Shown: positions 18,556 to 29,172, counted from the stretch's first letter. The stretch is 34,499 nt of DNA from an uncultured delta proteobacterium (GCA_963810935.1 CAWEPK010000020.1:1-34499); one strand, 5' to 3'. A program made the numbers and translations. The notes: generated from the sequence alone by a model not told the origin.

Positions 18556-21500
18556 GGCCCGACCCGCCTCATTTTCTTCGCGTCCACGTATGCGATGACG
18601 CCCTCCACCGGCTTATCTTTATATATTTCGCTCATCAGGCGCAGGTAATTGCGCATCTGGGCCAGGTGGTCCTCAAAGTCGTCTTCTCTGCCTGTCTTGA
18701 ACTCCATTACGGTGATCCGGTCCGCGTCGATGACGACCCTGTCCGCTCTGAAAAGCCGGCCCCTTGCGTCCGCAAGCTCCTGCTCCAGCATTACCCGCCT
18801 GCCGGTTCGCCTTTCGAAATGGGCCGCTGCGCCGGCATCGCTTAAGAACGCGCTTATCGCTTCCGTGAGCGGCTGCGGCACGCTGTCCGCGCCTTCCGTT
18901 TTACGCACCTTCCCGGCTGCCGCGCCGACTTTGGCCGCTGCATCGCCGTCAATGTAGTCGATCAGCGAGAATATCCGGTGGACGATCTCGCCGCGCCGCC
19001 TCGAAGCGTACCGCATCGGCCCCTCCGGGCCGGACGGGGCCTCGAAACGCGCGGCCGGGTGCACGGCCTCGATCCGTTCGTCGCCGCCTGTCTCCTTGCG
19101 CTCCTGCCTTTCGGGAGGCGCCGGGGGGGCCTTTGCGAAGACGGCCGTGCCTTCAGGTAGAAGACCGAAAGGGAATAAGCTCTTATCGTTCGGGTACTTC
19201 ACGGCTATGACGTACAGCTCGGCGCCCGCCCGCGTGAACGCCACATAAAGGCTGTTGAGCTTCGCGACCTTTTCCTTCGTCTCCTCCATGCGGTAGCGCT
19301 CTTCGAACGCCTCATCAGCGCCAAGCATGTTTTTAGTCAGCCGCAGGAGCGCGATTGAGCCTTCCGACTCCTGGACGATGTAGCGGAACCCCCTGCTCTT
19401 ATCGGTGTAAAAAAGCAGTATGACAACCGGGAAGCCCAGGCCCTTCGCCTTGTGGACCGTCATGACTTTCACCGCGTCCACGCCCCCCGGTATCGCGACG
19501 TTCCAATCGGCCTCCGCCGCGTCGGACAGCAAGGCTGCGTCGAGGAAGCGCCTTAGGCCTCCGCCCTCGGCTTCCAGGTCCTTCACCACTTCGAGTATCC
19601 GGGAAAGGGCCGCCTCTTCCGACGGGAAGCGGGCAAAGACGTCGAATACGCGGTAGACCTCCACGACCAGGTCGTAAAGGGGCAAATACCCGGCGAGCCG
19701 GAAAAGCCGGTCGAAGAAGCGGTCCCAGAGGGCGGGCATCTCGTCCTGAAAACGCTTGTAGAGTGGACGGTCGCCCGCGCGGTTCCTGAACGCCATCTCG
19801 TGGAGGGCCTGCCCGGTAGCTCCGCCGTGTGCCTTAAGAGCAGCGGCCATGACGTCCCCCAAAAGGAACGTGGCAAAGGAGAGGCTGTCCGGCGGCGAGT
19901 CGAAAAAAGCGAGGAGCGCGACTATCTCGCCCGTGATCTTGCGCCTCCGCACGTCGAGGCTGCTGTACGAGACGAAGGGTATGGCCTGCGCGTTGAGCCA
20001 CGCGGTCACCTTGACGACGTCGTCGTTCCGCTGGGTGAGCACCGCAATGTCCGAGCGGCGGTAACCCCTTTCGAAAAGCCGCGCTAGCAAGCCGCAAAGG
20101 TGCTCCCTCTCAGGCGCGGCCCTGTCGTCCCTGTCGAGGACGCACGTCTCGACGTACCCGCGGGCCTCGCGCCCGCTTTTAGCCTCCTGCCTGTAAGTAA
20201 GCAGGCCGCTGTCGGACCCCGCCTCCCGGTACGCCTCGATGCGCGGCAGCACTTTCTGGAAGACGTGCTCCGAGAAGCCGACGACGGCCCCGTCGCTCCT
20301 GTAGTTCGTGTGCCAGCTCCTCGACGTTCTTGGGGCTGGACGGGAAGGGGTTGCCTGTCTCCAGGCCCCTCATGATCGTATAGTCCGCGTCCCTGAAGCC
20401 GTAAATCGCCTGCTTCGTGTCCCCCACAACGAAGAGACTCCCCCCCTGGGAGAGGGAGTTGTCGATCAGGGGCAGGAGGTTGCGCCACTGGATCGGGGAG
20501 GTGTCCTGGAACTCGTCGATAAGGTAATGGACGATCGCCTCGCCAAGCCTGAAATAGACATCGGGTACTATCTGCGCGTCCAGGTATTCCGCGAGCCTGC
20601 TGTTCACGTCCTCGATGAATATCTTGCCTTCATGCCTCTTGGCCCGCTCGAGTATGGCGCTGAAAGCCTCGTAAGTGCGCAGGTACGGGATATAGTAGCT
20701 GCACGCGAACAGCCTGGTGAAATCGGTGATGAGGCCGCAGGCGCGCTCCCATTCCTCGATTGCGCTATGATAAGGCTCGCGCCCTTCTTTCGTTTTCGGC
20801 AGGCAGACAGGCGGGAGCTTGCGCCCCCTGTCCACCAGGTCGGCGAACCTGCCCGCCCTGGCCGCCTTCAGTATATTAGGGTAGGCGCTGCTCTTATGCC
20901 TTACGAGCCCGGACGCCTCTATCTGCGCGTCCAACTGCTCCAGGCAGCCGGCGATATCCCCCCTTGCCGCATCGATGGCGGCCGAGTAGTCGTCCATTTG
21001 CACAGGCTTGCCGCGGGAGGCAACCTTCCGGTATATCTCCTCTATCTCGGCGAGTATCGCGCCGGTCGGCTCGAAGGGATAAGGAGCGTCGCCTGCCGTG
21101 TTCTCGGCTATGATATCGACGACCTTCTCCATCAGGCGCGCCTCTTCCGTCCCTTCCCTGACCCGCCTCAAAAAAAGCTCGAAGGCATAACCCATCAGCC
21201 CTGAGTTGTTCATGAGTATCTCGAAATCAGGGTTATAGCCGAAGTCGATGGCCGACGCCTTAAAAACGGTCGTCATGAAGCTGTCGATCGTCTTTATCTG
21301 GAAGTCGCTGTAGCGCGAGAGGATTTCGTCGATCACCTCGCCCGCCCTCGCCGATATCGCATCAGGCGGCAGGGTGAGGTCGCGGCCGAAATCCGCCAGG
21401 ACGTGCTTCTCCCCCAGGTGGAGCTGCTTCAGAAACAGCAGTATCCTCTCCTTCATCTCCCTGGCCGCGTTATTGGAGAAGGTAATGGCGAGGAGGTTCC

Positions 21501-21639
21501 CCAGCCGGTTCTGGCGCACGGAATCGGAAAGAAGGAAGAGCACGAAGCGCCGGGCGAGGGCATACGTTTTCCCGGAGCCCGCTGAGGCCTTGAGCACGGT
21601 AAAATGAGGGAACGTCAGGCGTTTTTCTTGTGAGGCCAA
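18552..21639 (-). CDS. AddA-like UvrD helicase-nuclease (apparent +1 frameshift at ~20312)
   Basis: ASAGSGKT, IDEFQDTS, VGDTKQAIYGFR; in the next frame TNYRS, MTVHKAKGLGF, YVAFTRA and nuclease RADR..EFKTG. Removing one base joins both ORFs (1028 aa). Confidence 0.9.
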
Positions 21640-21683
21640 AATCGCGCTCCTGGGGTGCGCTATATATTAGCAGAAAAGGGGGT

Positions 21684-21729
21684 AAAAAAGCACCGGCCCC
21701 TTACCTTGGGGAAAAGGTAAGGGGCCGGT
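21684..21729 (-). terminator. Strong intrinsic terminator
   Basis: Perfect 16-bp stem (21692-21707 with 21714-21729), followed on the minus strand by GCTTTTTT. Confidence 0.8.
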
Positions 21730-21893
21730 TGCACAAGGTCCCGGCTAAGAAATATGGGGGTTTAGGCCGGGGTTTGTCATTCCAACCTGTGCAGGTTGAA
21801 AGACAGATAATTTTCGCACCGAACGGCCAAGAAAGAAATATTAGATATATATAATGAAAGTATAAGTGTCTTTATAATACTGGTATACAGGGC

Positions 21894-23144
21894 CTATGTC
21901 AGGGAGAGGAGATACGAGCGAAGATTGGACTTGTCTTTATTTATGCCCAGCCTCTTTCTTATCAGGAACCTCTGGAGATCGACCGCGCCCTTCCCCACAT
22001 GGAGGATGCCGGCGATCTCCTTCGTCGTCCTGCCGTCCCTTATGAGGGCGACGATCTCCATCTGGCGCGGCGTTAAATTGAACCCCCTCACGTTGTTAAG
22101 AAAAGGCGATAATATCTCCCTCAGGTTCGTTTCCAGGAAATCGACCTCCGTCCGCTGTACCGTATCGAGCCTGCTTTTTTTCAGCTTCTCGACGTAAGGC
22201 AGCACCAGTTGCTTGACGTTGAGCAGGAACTTCTCCTCCAGCTCCCGCCTGTCCTCCTCCCTGTGCTTAAGCAGCACCTTGAGGGCGGTATTCGCCTCTT
22301 TGAGGCTCCGCGACTTGATCTCCAGCGCCTCCTCGGCGCTTTTCCTCTCGGTGATGTCCTGGACGGTCCCTTCCCGGTACAGGATCTTCCCAGCGTCGTT
22401 CCGCACTACTTTAGCATTGACCGAAACCCAGGCGACGGAGCCGTCCTTACAGCGGACCCTTAATTCAAAATCGCGGACGTGACCCTCCCGGTTCATCTTC
22501 CCGATGTAAGTCTTGCGGCGGCTGGGGTTCACATGGAGGACAACGATGTCGGTCACCTGCTCCATCATCTCTTCCGGCGACTCGAACCCATGGATGCGCG
22601 CAAATGCAGGGTTCAGGCTCAGCGGGCGGCCGCCGGGGGCGATCTGGAAAATGCCCTCGGTGGCGTTGAGGAATATGTTGCGGTACTTAGTCTCGCTCTT
22701 TCGCAGCTCCTCCGTCCGCTCCGCGACCAGCTTCTCCAGGTATTTCTGCTGCTCCAGCAACCGCCGTTCGACCCTGCTGCGCTCGGTCAGGTCCCTTATG
22801 GAGGATACGCGCAGCCGGCGGCCTTCGGCCTGCACCTCGCGGGCGCTAACGGCTATGGGGAACTCGCTCCCGTCCTTTTTTTGGCCTACGCTCTCGAACC
22901 GTCCCTCTTTGCGGTCGCTGACGCGCTCCTGCGCATCGCTGCGCGCGTAATGAGCAAGAATGTCCGTGAGGGGCCTGCCGCGCAGCTCTCCGTCCTCGTA
23001 TGCGAAAAGCTCGTAGAGCCTGGCGTTGCCGCCGATGATCAGGCCGTCCTCGACAAGGACGGTGGCCTCAAGGAATGCCTCGACAAGGTCCCTGAACCGC
23101 CTATCACTAGTCGTCCCCCCGGCGCCTGTCTTATTGCTTCTCAA
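21894..23144 (-). CDS. PAS-PAS-LuxR HTH transcriptional regulator
   Basis: Two PAS/PAC domains (KKDGSEFPI, CKDGSVAWV..DITERK), coiled coil, LTPRQMEIVALIRDGRTTKEIA. Confidence 0.9.
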   Translation of the reverse strand: MRSNKTGAGGTTSDRRFRDLVEAFLEATVLVEDGLIIGGNARLYELFAYEDGELRGRPLTDILAHYARSDAQERVSDRKEGRFESVGQKKDGSEFPIAVSAREVQAEGRRLRVSSIRDLTERSRVERRLLEQQKYLEKLVAERTEELRKSETKYRNIFLNATEGIFQIAPGGRPLSLNPAFARIHGFESPEEMMEQVTDIVVLHVNPSRRKTYIGKMNREGHVRDFELRVRCKDGSVAWVSVNAKVVRNDAGKILYREGTVQDITERKSAEEALEIKSRSLKEANTALKVLLKHREEDRRELEEKFLLNVKQLVLPYVEKLKKSRLDTVQRTEVDFLETNLREILSPFLNNVRGFNLTPRQMEIVALIRDGRTTKEIAGILHVGKGAVDLQRFLIRKRLGINKDKSNLRSYLLSLT

Positions 23145-23244
23145 CTCCGCTCCTACTCTATTGGACCATTTAAGGCCCGCGTTCTGCGGTGGGTCAGCGT
23201 TCTATCGTATGATAACCGTTCATGCCGAACCGATTTGAGAGTTA

Positions 23245-24213
23245 TCATTCCTCGTAAGGTCCGAGAAAACGTTCGCCGTTAAAGTGGATCAAATGGGTCG
23301 GGGAATCGGCAATCCAGACTTCCGTTTCCCACGAAATATCATTCAAGTATTTGAGCATCGATCTACGGTCGAGAAAAGCGGTCACAAACACCAAGCCGGC
23401 AGTTGAACCGGAGAATAGTTCCTTTAGCTCCCGCCTACGCTTTGGATCCACAGGTCCGTGACTGGTCACGGCTTCAACCAGCACTAACCAGTTCTTCTCC
23501 GCATGATAGATTACGATATCGGGCATCTTCCCGTGTTCTTCCATCCTAAGGTTCAACGAGGACAGCGCGACTGCGTCGAAGTATGCCCACTTTACCTGGG
23601 TGTCCCCCACATAGATGACGCGCCCACCCGGCGTGAACAATGGACAAAAATCATCAATGATCTTTTTTACCAAGATATTCTGGCCACCCGGCGAAAGGCT
23701 TATTGTCCGGGCATTTGCCAGTTGAACGGGCAGTCGCCTCATATCTCTTTCCAGTGCATAGAGATTCTTCAGGGTCTTGAGCGTCTGTAAGTATTTCTGC
23801 AAATTCTTCTTCCATCCAGGCCTGCCGAAGCCGCGCACGAGCTTCAATGCCAACGGCTCGATCTGGTAGACAGCTTTCGGGCTGTTTGTCGGCCTGGAGG
23901 GTTTGTCCGGATTCGCTATGATCAAAGCAGCCTGAACAAATTGGTGTACCGTTTGGCGACGTACCGTCTCACGCGTGTTGGGCGCATATCGCTTGCCGTA
24001 GTGTTCGGAGAAGAAATCCATCATCGGAGTAATGCCCATGAGCGGATTGGAGGCATCTCGCCAAGGGTCCGTTGGCTTCAGGCCAAGCAGCGAAACGAGG
24101 GTGAGCGCAGAACGCTCGTTCTGTTGCTGTCTGGGTAACCCCAACTCAACCAGTATTGAGAGGGCTTCCCTGATTTTCTGTTCCGCTTTCTCGCCGCCGG
24201 ATTTCTCAACCAC
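23245..24213 (-). CDS. BsuBI/PstI family type II restriction endonuclease
   Basis: YAPNTRETVRRQT.HQF, NSPK..Y, LSPGGQN, HGKMPD..LVEAVTSHGP, WETEVW, HFNGERFLGPY. Confidence 0.93.
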   Translation of the reverse strand: MVEKSGGEKAEQKIREALSILVELGLPRQQQNERSALTLVSLLGLKPTDPWRDASNPLMGITPMMDFFSEHYGKRYAPNTRETVRRQTVHQFVQAALIIANPDKPSRPTNSPKAVYQIEPLALKLVRGFGRPGWKKNLQKYLQTLKTLKNLYALERDMRRLPVQLANARTISLSPGGQNILVKKIIDDFCPLFTPGGRVIYVGDTQVKWAYFDAVALSSLNLRMEEHGKMPDIVIYHAEKNWLVLVEAVTSHGPVDPKRRRELKELFSGSTAGLVFVTAFLDRRSMLKYLNDISWETEVWIADSPTHLIHFNGERFLGPYEE

Positions 24214-25726
24214 AGGTTTCGCACTCCCTTTCGACTATTGCATCAAGTGACTCCTGGTCCGGCATTGTTTCCTTTACACAAAGCCCAAACCGCGCGAGTT
24301 GTTGGTGAGTGGGGTAGGGCATTTTCTTGAGATCGGTTGCATTGACCTGAGTATGGCCGCTGAATAGACGGAAATACTGATCGGCAAGCGTGGAGTTAAG
24401 GTACAGAGCAAGTCCGTTTGCTAAATCGCGCGGTAATCCTTTACCCCCTTTATGAAAATAGTTAGTGTGGTTTTCGAAGCCAACGAAAGGGGCATTGATC
24501 CTTGAGGGGTCATATATAGCTGCCATTATCCGTCTTCGCTGTTCTTTAGACGAAAACCTTTTCGTGAGGACATAGAATCCCGCCTCGACAAGAAGGCCGG
24601 ATGTTTCCGGCGATAAGAGGATGGCTCCCGGCTTATTTTTCGATTCGATTGGCCAGGCAACGAAACCATCCCGCAAATTATGAGGATATACGAGAGGAAC
24701 GGCGCTCCCTTCCCCCGATCGCCGCAGGTACTCCCGAGCCCTGAAGTCGACCACCCGTCCGGTAGAGACGCTCAGTCCCAATTTGTTAAGGGATGAAGAG
24801 AAGCACTTAATACGCTCGGGGAGTGCTGAACCAGACGTGTCAGGTGCAAGATGGATGAACACATCCGGATCATTTGGACGAACAATTCGATTATACGGGA
24901 TTGACAATCTTTGCCCCTTGTCGAAATCCAATCCTTCAGACATAGAAATTATAACGGTTTTCGTCTTTTTAGGCTCACGGACGGCGTGATAGATTATATT
25001 CTCTTGAAGCACGTTGTCATCGCCGAATGCTTTCTTTCGCGACCCGAATACATGAATGTGCCTTAGACTCGCCATCTTCAGGAAAGCTACCCGGAATTTT
25101 CTGAAATAGGGCCCATTACAAAAGCTTCGCGGAGTTATGGCCACTATTTCACCGCCCGGCATTAACAAATGCAAGGAAAGCCATGCAAAAGCAGCGTACA
25201 TGTTGGCTACTTCAAGACCGGCCGCATAAAGCTTTTTGCTCATGGCCGTCTGGCTATTAATCTTCCTGTAGGGCGGATTGAGAATAACGTGGGTAAAGGG
25301 CCTGTCGGGAACAACAAAAAGAGATTCTCTTGTTTGGGCGATTGCGGCGGAAAGAAAATCTTCGTTTCTGACTGTCCCTCTGAAATGTATACCGCCCGAA
25401 GTACAGAGAGCTTCGCACCGCTTCATGGTCTCTTTAAGAAACGGCAGCACTGCAGTGTCTGTTTCGTAAGCCACGACTTCGATGGAAAGAGGCCGATCAT
25501 CTTTCGAAAGCAGAGTTTCAATAAGTGCAGCGAAAAGAACGCCCGTGCCTGCCCCAGGATCAAGGATTCGCGTATGGGGTGAGGCCTTTTCAAACATTGA
25601 CGACATGAACTTCGCTATAGTCGAGGGCGTAAGAAACTGCCCGATTTGAACTCTACCGGTTCTGCTATTCGAATCGTTAAAAGATTTCCGTATATGGTCA
25701 AGCGTGTGCAAATGTTTCGTTATCAC
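24206..25726 (-). CDS. N6-adenine DNA methyltransferase, M.PstI/M.BsuBI-like
   Basis: GQFLTP, LDPGAGTG, NPPY, ITPRSFCNGPYF, STGRVVDFR, GHTQVNATDL; overlaps the REase start. Confidence 0.92.
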   Translation of the reverse strand: MITKHLHTLDHIRKSFNDSNSRTGRVQIGQFLTPSTIAKFMSSMFEKASPHTRILDPGAGTGVLFAALIETLLSKDDRPLSIEVVAYETDTAVLPFLKETMKRCEALCTSGGIHFRGTVRNEDFLSAAIAQTRESLFVVPDRPFTHVILNPPYRKINSQTAMSKKLYAAGLEVANMYAAFAWLSLHLLMPGGEIVAITPRSFCNGPYFRKFRVAFLKMASLRHIHVFGSRKKAFGDDNVLQENIIYHAVREPKKTKTVIISMSEGLDFDKGQRLSIPYNRIVRPNDPDVFIHLAPDTSGSALPERIKCFSSSLNKLGLSVSTGRVVDFRAREYLRRSGEGSAVPLVYPHNLRDGFVAWPIESKNKPGAILLSPETSGLLVEAGFYVLTKRFSSKEQRRRIMAAIYDPSRINAPFVGFENHTNYFHKGGKGLPRDLANGLALYLNSTLADQYFRLFSGHTQVNATDLKKMPYPTHQQLARFGLCVKETMPDQESLDAIVERECETCG

Positions 25727-25835
25727 TTAACTTCCTTCGCAAGAATCCGCGGTCAGCCACTTATACTATTGCACGATTCGAAGACCAATTTAAAGTCAGT
25801 GCTTCCAACATGCCGTCGCGTCCTTGGCGGCCTAT

Positions 25836-26384
25836 TTACTCCACCAGCACCAGCCCGTACACGTCCCTTTCCTCGCTGTGATTTTTAACGACGTGGATGG
25901 GAAGTCCGTGGGCGCCGGCTGTTGAGAAGACGTCTATGCCGCATGCCTCCATTGCCGGCCGGGCCTCGTCCGGGTGAAGGCATTCCCCTGCGACGTTGCA
26001 CTTCGCGCACTTCCTGCACGGTCCGCATCCCATCGCAAAGGCCTTGTTGAAGCCGTCGAGGAATATCGTCCTCTCCAGGCGGGCCAGAACGTCATTGAAG
26101 CCGTCCACGGTCTTGTAGTCTTTATCCCAATGTAGATGCAACAGGATCGCCCAAGTGTAGGAGTCGAGCAGCACCCTCGTCTGCTCAGGCGTGGGGGTGC
26201 GCGGCGGGCAGCAGAGGCCTTTGCCGTAAAGGCCACAGCCGAACTGGCATTTTGTTCTGACCCACGGCGCGGTAACTACCGTCGATGCCCTTATGACGAG
26301 CGCGTCGGTTATGCCTTTTTTGAGGGCCGCCGCCGCGTACGACTTCAGCTTCTCCGGCGCCTGCCCGTCGGCGCGCTTCTTCAT
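25836..26384 (-). CDS. DUF2284 domain predicted metal-binding protein
   Basis: KCQFGC..YG...CCPP, GPCRKCAKC...C, RPAMEACGIDV. Confidence 0.88.
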   Translation of the reverse strand: MKKRADGQAPEKLKSYAAAALKKGITDALVIRASTVVTAPWVRTKCQFGCGLYGKGLCCPPRTPTPEQTRVLLDSYTWAILLHLHWDKDYKTVDGFNDVLARLERTIFLDGFNKAFAMGCGPCRKCAKCNVAGECLHPDEARPAMEACGIDVFSTAGAHGLPIHVVKNHSEERDVYGLVLVE

Positions 26385-26830
26385 GCCATCACCTCGTCGA
26401 GGATCGACGCTGCGTCAGCGACGAACTTCGGGCAAAGGGTCTTGAAGACGTCCTTCCCGGTGGCCTGTTTATAGCCTTCGTCCGTGCTGATGTCGCAGCC
26501 TGTAAGCTCGCGGCAGAGAATCGTCTTATTGCGCTCCGTGAACCGCTTGATGAACTCCCTTATCAGCGCGTTCGTCTTCTGCTTCGCCTCGGCGTCCGCA
26601 GCGGACGTCCTACCGTATTTCAGGCTGATGACCATGAACGCGCCCGTCACTGCCCCGCAGGTGTGCCCGAGGCGCCCCATGCCGCCGCCGAATCCGTCGG
26701 CGAGTTTCAGGGCTACGTTCTTGTCCATGCCCAATTCCTCGCAAAAAGCGGTGAGGACCGCCTGCGAGCACGCGAAGCCTTCAAGAAAAATCCCTTTTGC
26801 CTTTTCCGCATTGTCCATAATCTCCTCCAT
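26381..26830 (-). CDS. C-GCAxxG-C-C family putative redox protein
   Basis: FACSQAV, GFGGGMG...TCGAVTG, CREL, CPKFV. Confidence 0.9.
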   Translation of the reverse strand: MEEIMDNAEKAKGIFLEGFACSQAVLTAFCEELGMDKNVALKLADGFGGGMGRLGHTCGAVTGAFMVISLKYGRTSAADAEAKQKTNALIREFIKRFTERNKTILCRELTGCDISTDEGYKQATGKDVFKTLCPKFVADAASILDEVMA

Positions 26831-26844
26831 CTAATGTAGAAACC

Positions 26845-27171
26845 TTACCCCGGCTGGTGCTGTAAGGATCTCTCTCTTCTCTTCTTTCCCTTCGCGAGCG
26901 TCGGCAGCTCTCTAATCGTTTCTCCGGATTTATTTTCGGCCACGCGCAACTCATAGAGCTTTTGCAAATTTATCCAGAAATCCGGAGTCGTCCCGAAAAA
27001 GTGGCCAAAACGCAAGGCCGTATCGCCTGTTATGGCCCGCCTTCCTTTCAGGATTTCCGTTATACGGTTCGTCGGCACCTTTATCTGGCGGGCCACCTCC
27101 GCCGCGCTCAGGCCTGACGCCTCAAGCTGCTCGGCCAGATGCTCTCCCGGGTGTATCGCGCTACGTCCCAT
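26845..27171 (-). CDS. higA: HigA family antitoxin
   Basis: HPGEHL, RITEILKGRRAITGDTALR, FWINLQ..YEL. Confidence 0.93.
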   Translation of the reverse strand: MGRSAIHPGEHLAEQLEASGLSAAEVARQIKVPTNRITEILKGRRAITGDTALRFGHFFGTTPDFWINLQKLYELRVAENKSGETIRELPTLAKGKKRRERSLQHQPG

Positions 27172-27179
27172 AACTCACC

Positions 27180-27461
27180 TCAATGATAATCGACTATCTC
27201 AACACTGGTTGGACCTGGCGACCCTTTCGGCCATCGGAAACAAACCCGCCAATGGTCGTTGATGCGGATGCTGTACTGCCCCTTCCGGTCTCCCTTGAGC
27301 GTTTCGAGGCGGTTGCCAGGCAAGTCCAAGTCACGCAAGTCAATCGCAGCCTCAAGCTGGTCGAGCTTCATTTCCGCTCTTCGCTCAAACCCGGCAAAGG
27401 CCCCAATTCGGCCCCCTTCGGTAAATTGCCGCGTCCTCTTGTCCCCGAAGCTTACAATCAC
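27180..27461 (-). CDS. higB: HigB (RelE/ParE-like) toxin
   Basis: MIVSF.D, PGNRLE.LKGDRKGQYSIRIND.WRVCF.W, VEIVDYH. Confidence 0.93.
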   Translation of the reverse strand: MIVSFGDKRTRQFTEGGRIGAFAGFERRAEMKLDQLEAAIDLRDLDLPGNRLETLKGDRKGQYSIRINDHWRVCFRWPKGSPGPTSVEIVDYH

Positions 27462-27466
27462 TGCAC

Positions 27467-27504
27467 ATTCTAACCCTCATTATGCGTTACGTCAAGCGTA
27501 ATGC
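27467..27504 (-). promoter_or_regulatory. higBA promoter and putative HigA operator
   Basis: Minus strand TTGACG-17 nt-TAGAAT; inverted repeat GCGTTACG-N5-CGTAATGC (27484-27504) covers the -35. Confidence 0.75.
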
Positions 27505-27608
27505 GGCATCGGCCGCGCAGCGCTCTTCCGCGTTGACATTTCCGGCCCTGAGATGTAATTATTAGCCGTCAGGGCGACGCCTTGCGATATACCAAAGGGG
27601 CGACGGAT

Positions 27609-29148
27609 ATGGCGGACAGGGCAAGACGGGAGATACCGGATGAGATAGCGGGGTACGGGCGTGTCGTCGCCTTTCTCCGGCGCTTTCTCCACGTTCCTTG
27701 AAAACGTCGCCCGGTATGCGCCGCAGGTAAAGGCCGCCCGGCCTGGAGAACGTAAGGTCGTCGAATGCCTTGAAGAGGTCTTCCGGCGCATACCGGTGAG
27801 GGACGGGATGACCCTCTCCTTCCACCACCATTTCAGGAACGGCGACAAGGTCGTAAACCTCGTGCTCGCTGCGGCTGCCCGGCTGGGCCTGCGCGACCTC
27901 AAGGTGGCCTTAAGCGCGGTCTTCCCTGTCCACGCTCCAATCATCGAACATGTGAAGGCAGGCGTCGTCTCCGGCCTCGATACGAACTACATCTCAGGTC
28001 CGGTAGCGCAGGCAGTCTCGCAGGGCCTCTTTCCGCGCCCGGTAGTGATGCGCACCCACGGCGGCCGGGCGGCTGCCATCGAATGCGGCCGTCTGCCCGT
28101 CGACGTCGCCTTCATCGCAGCCCCGGCGGCGGACGATTACGGGAACATCAACGGCGTCACCGGCCCTTCCGCGTGCGGCTCCCTGGGCTACGCTTTCCCG
28201 GACGCCGAATATGCGCGCTTCGTCGTGGCCGTCACGCCGCACCTCGCGCCGTACCCGCTGACCCCCATATCGATACCGCAGACGCGGGTCGATTACGTGG
28301 TCAGGGCGGACAACGTGGGCGACCCTGAGGGCATTGTCTCAGGCACAACCATGATGACGGCCGACCCGGTCAAGCTGTCGGTGGCGGAGGCGGCCGCGAG
28401 CGTAATCCGGGGCGCGGGGCTGATCGGGGACGGCTTCTCTTTCCAGACAGGGGCGGGCGGGGCGTCGCTGGCCGCCGCGCATTTCATCGGCCAGATGATG
28501 CGGGAAAGCCGGGCAACAGGGAGCTTCCTCCTCGGCGGCATAACCAGCCAGATGGTCGATATGCTTGAGCAGGGCCTCTTCGCCAAAATACTCGACGTGC
28601 AGGATTTCGACCTGGCGGCAGTCCGCTCCCTCGCACAGAACAGCGACCACGCGGAGATCGGCGCCGGGTTCTATGCAAACCCCTTCAACACAGGCTGCGC
28701 GGCCAACCGGCTCGACTGCGTCATCCTCAGCGCAACGGAGATCGACACGGACTTCAACGTTAACGTAGCGACGGGCTCGGACGGATGCATAAGGGGCGGC
28801 TCCGGCGGCCACAGCGACACTGCGGCAGGCGCGAAGCTCACACTGATCGTCGCCGAGCTTGCCAGGGGCAGGTTCCCCATAGTCCGGGACCGCGTCAATA
28901 CGGTGGTCACGCCGGGGGAGACCGTTGACGTGCTGGTCACCGATCGGGGCATTGCAGTCAACCCGCTGCGGGCGGACCTGCTGGGGATGCTGAAAAGCGC
29001 GCGCCTGCCGGTCACGGACATAGACGACCTTAAAGAGGCGGCCCGGCAGATCGCAGGCGATCCACCGGCAGTGCGGCAGGATGGGAAGATCGTAGCAGTC
29101 GTCGAATACCGCGACGGCACGGTTATCGACATCATCCGGCAGATATAA
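27609..29148 (+). CDS. citF: Citrate lyase alpha subunit (citrate:acetyl-ACP/CoA transferase), apparent +1 frameshift at ~27669
   Basis: DGMTLSFHHHFRNGD, THGGR, ACGSLGY, FQTGAGG, GGSGGHSDTA, EYRDGTVID. The N-terminus MADRARREIPDEIAGYGRVV lies in another frame; joined length 512 aa. Confidence 0.9.
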
Positions 29149-29172
29149 GTAGTGGGCCTATCGGCATGAAAT

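Noticed and set aside
21814..21830. Sigma54 promoter on the minus strand (TTGGCCGTTCGGTGC)
   Set aside because: GG-to-GC spacing is 9 nt, not the required 10.
23163..25798. Direct repeats bounding the R-M cassette (GGACCATTTAAGGC versus AGACCAATTTAAAGTC)
   Set aside because: Too short and mismatched to distinguish from chance.
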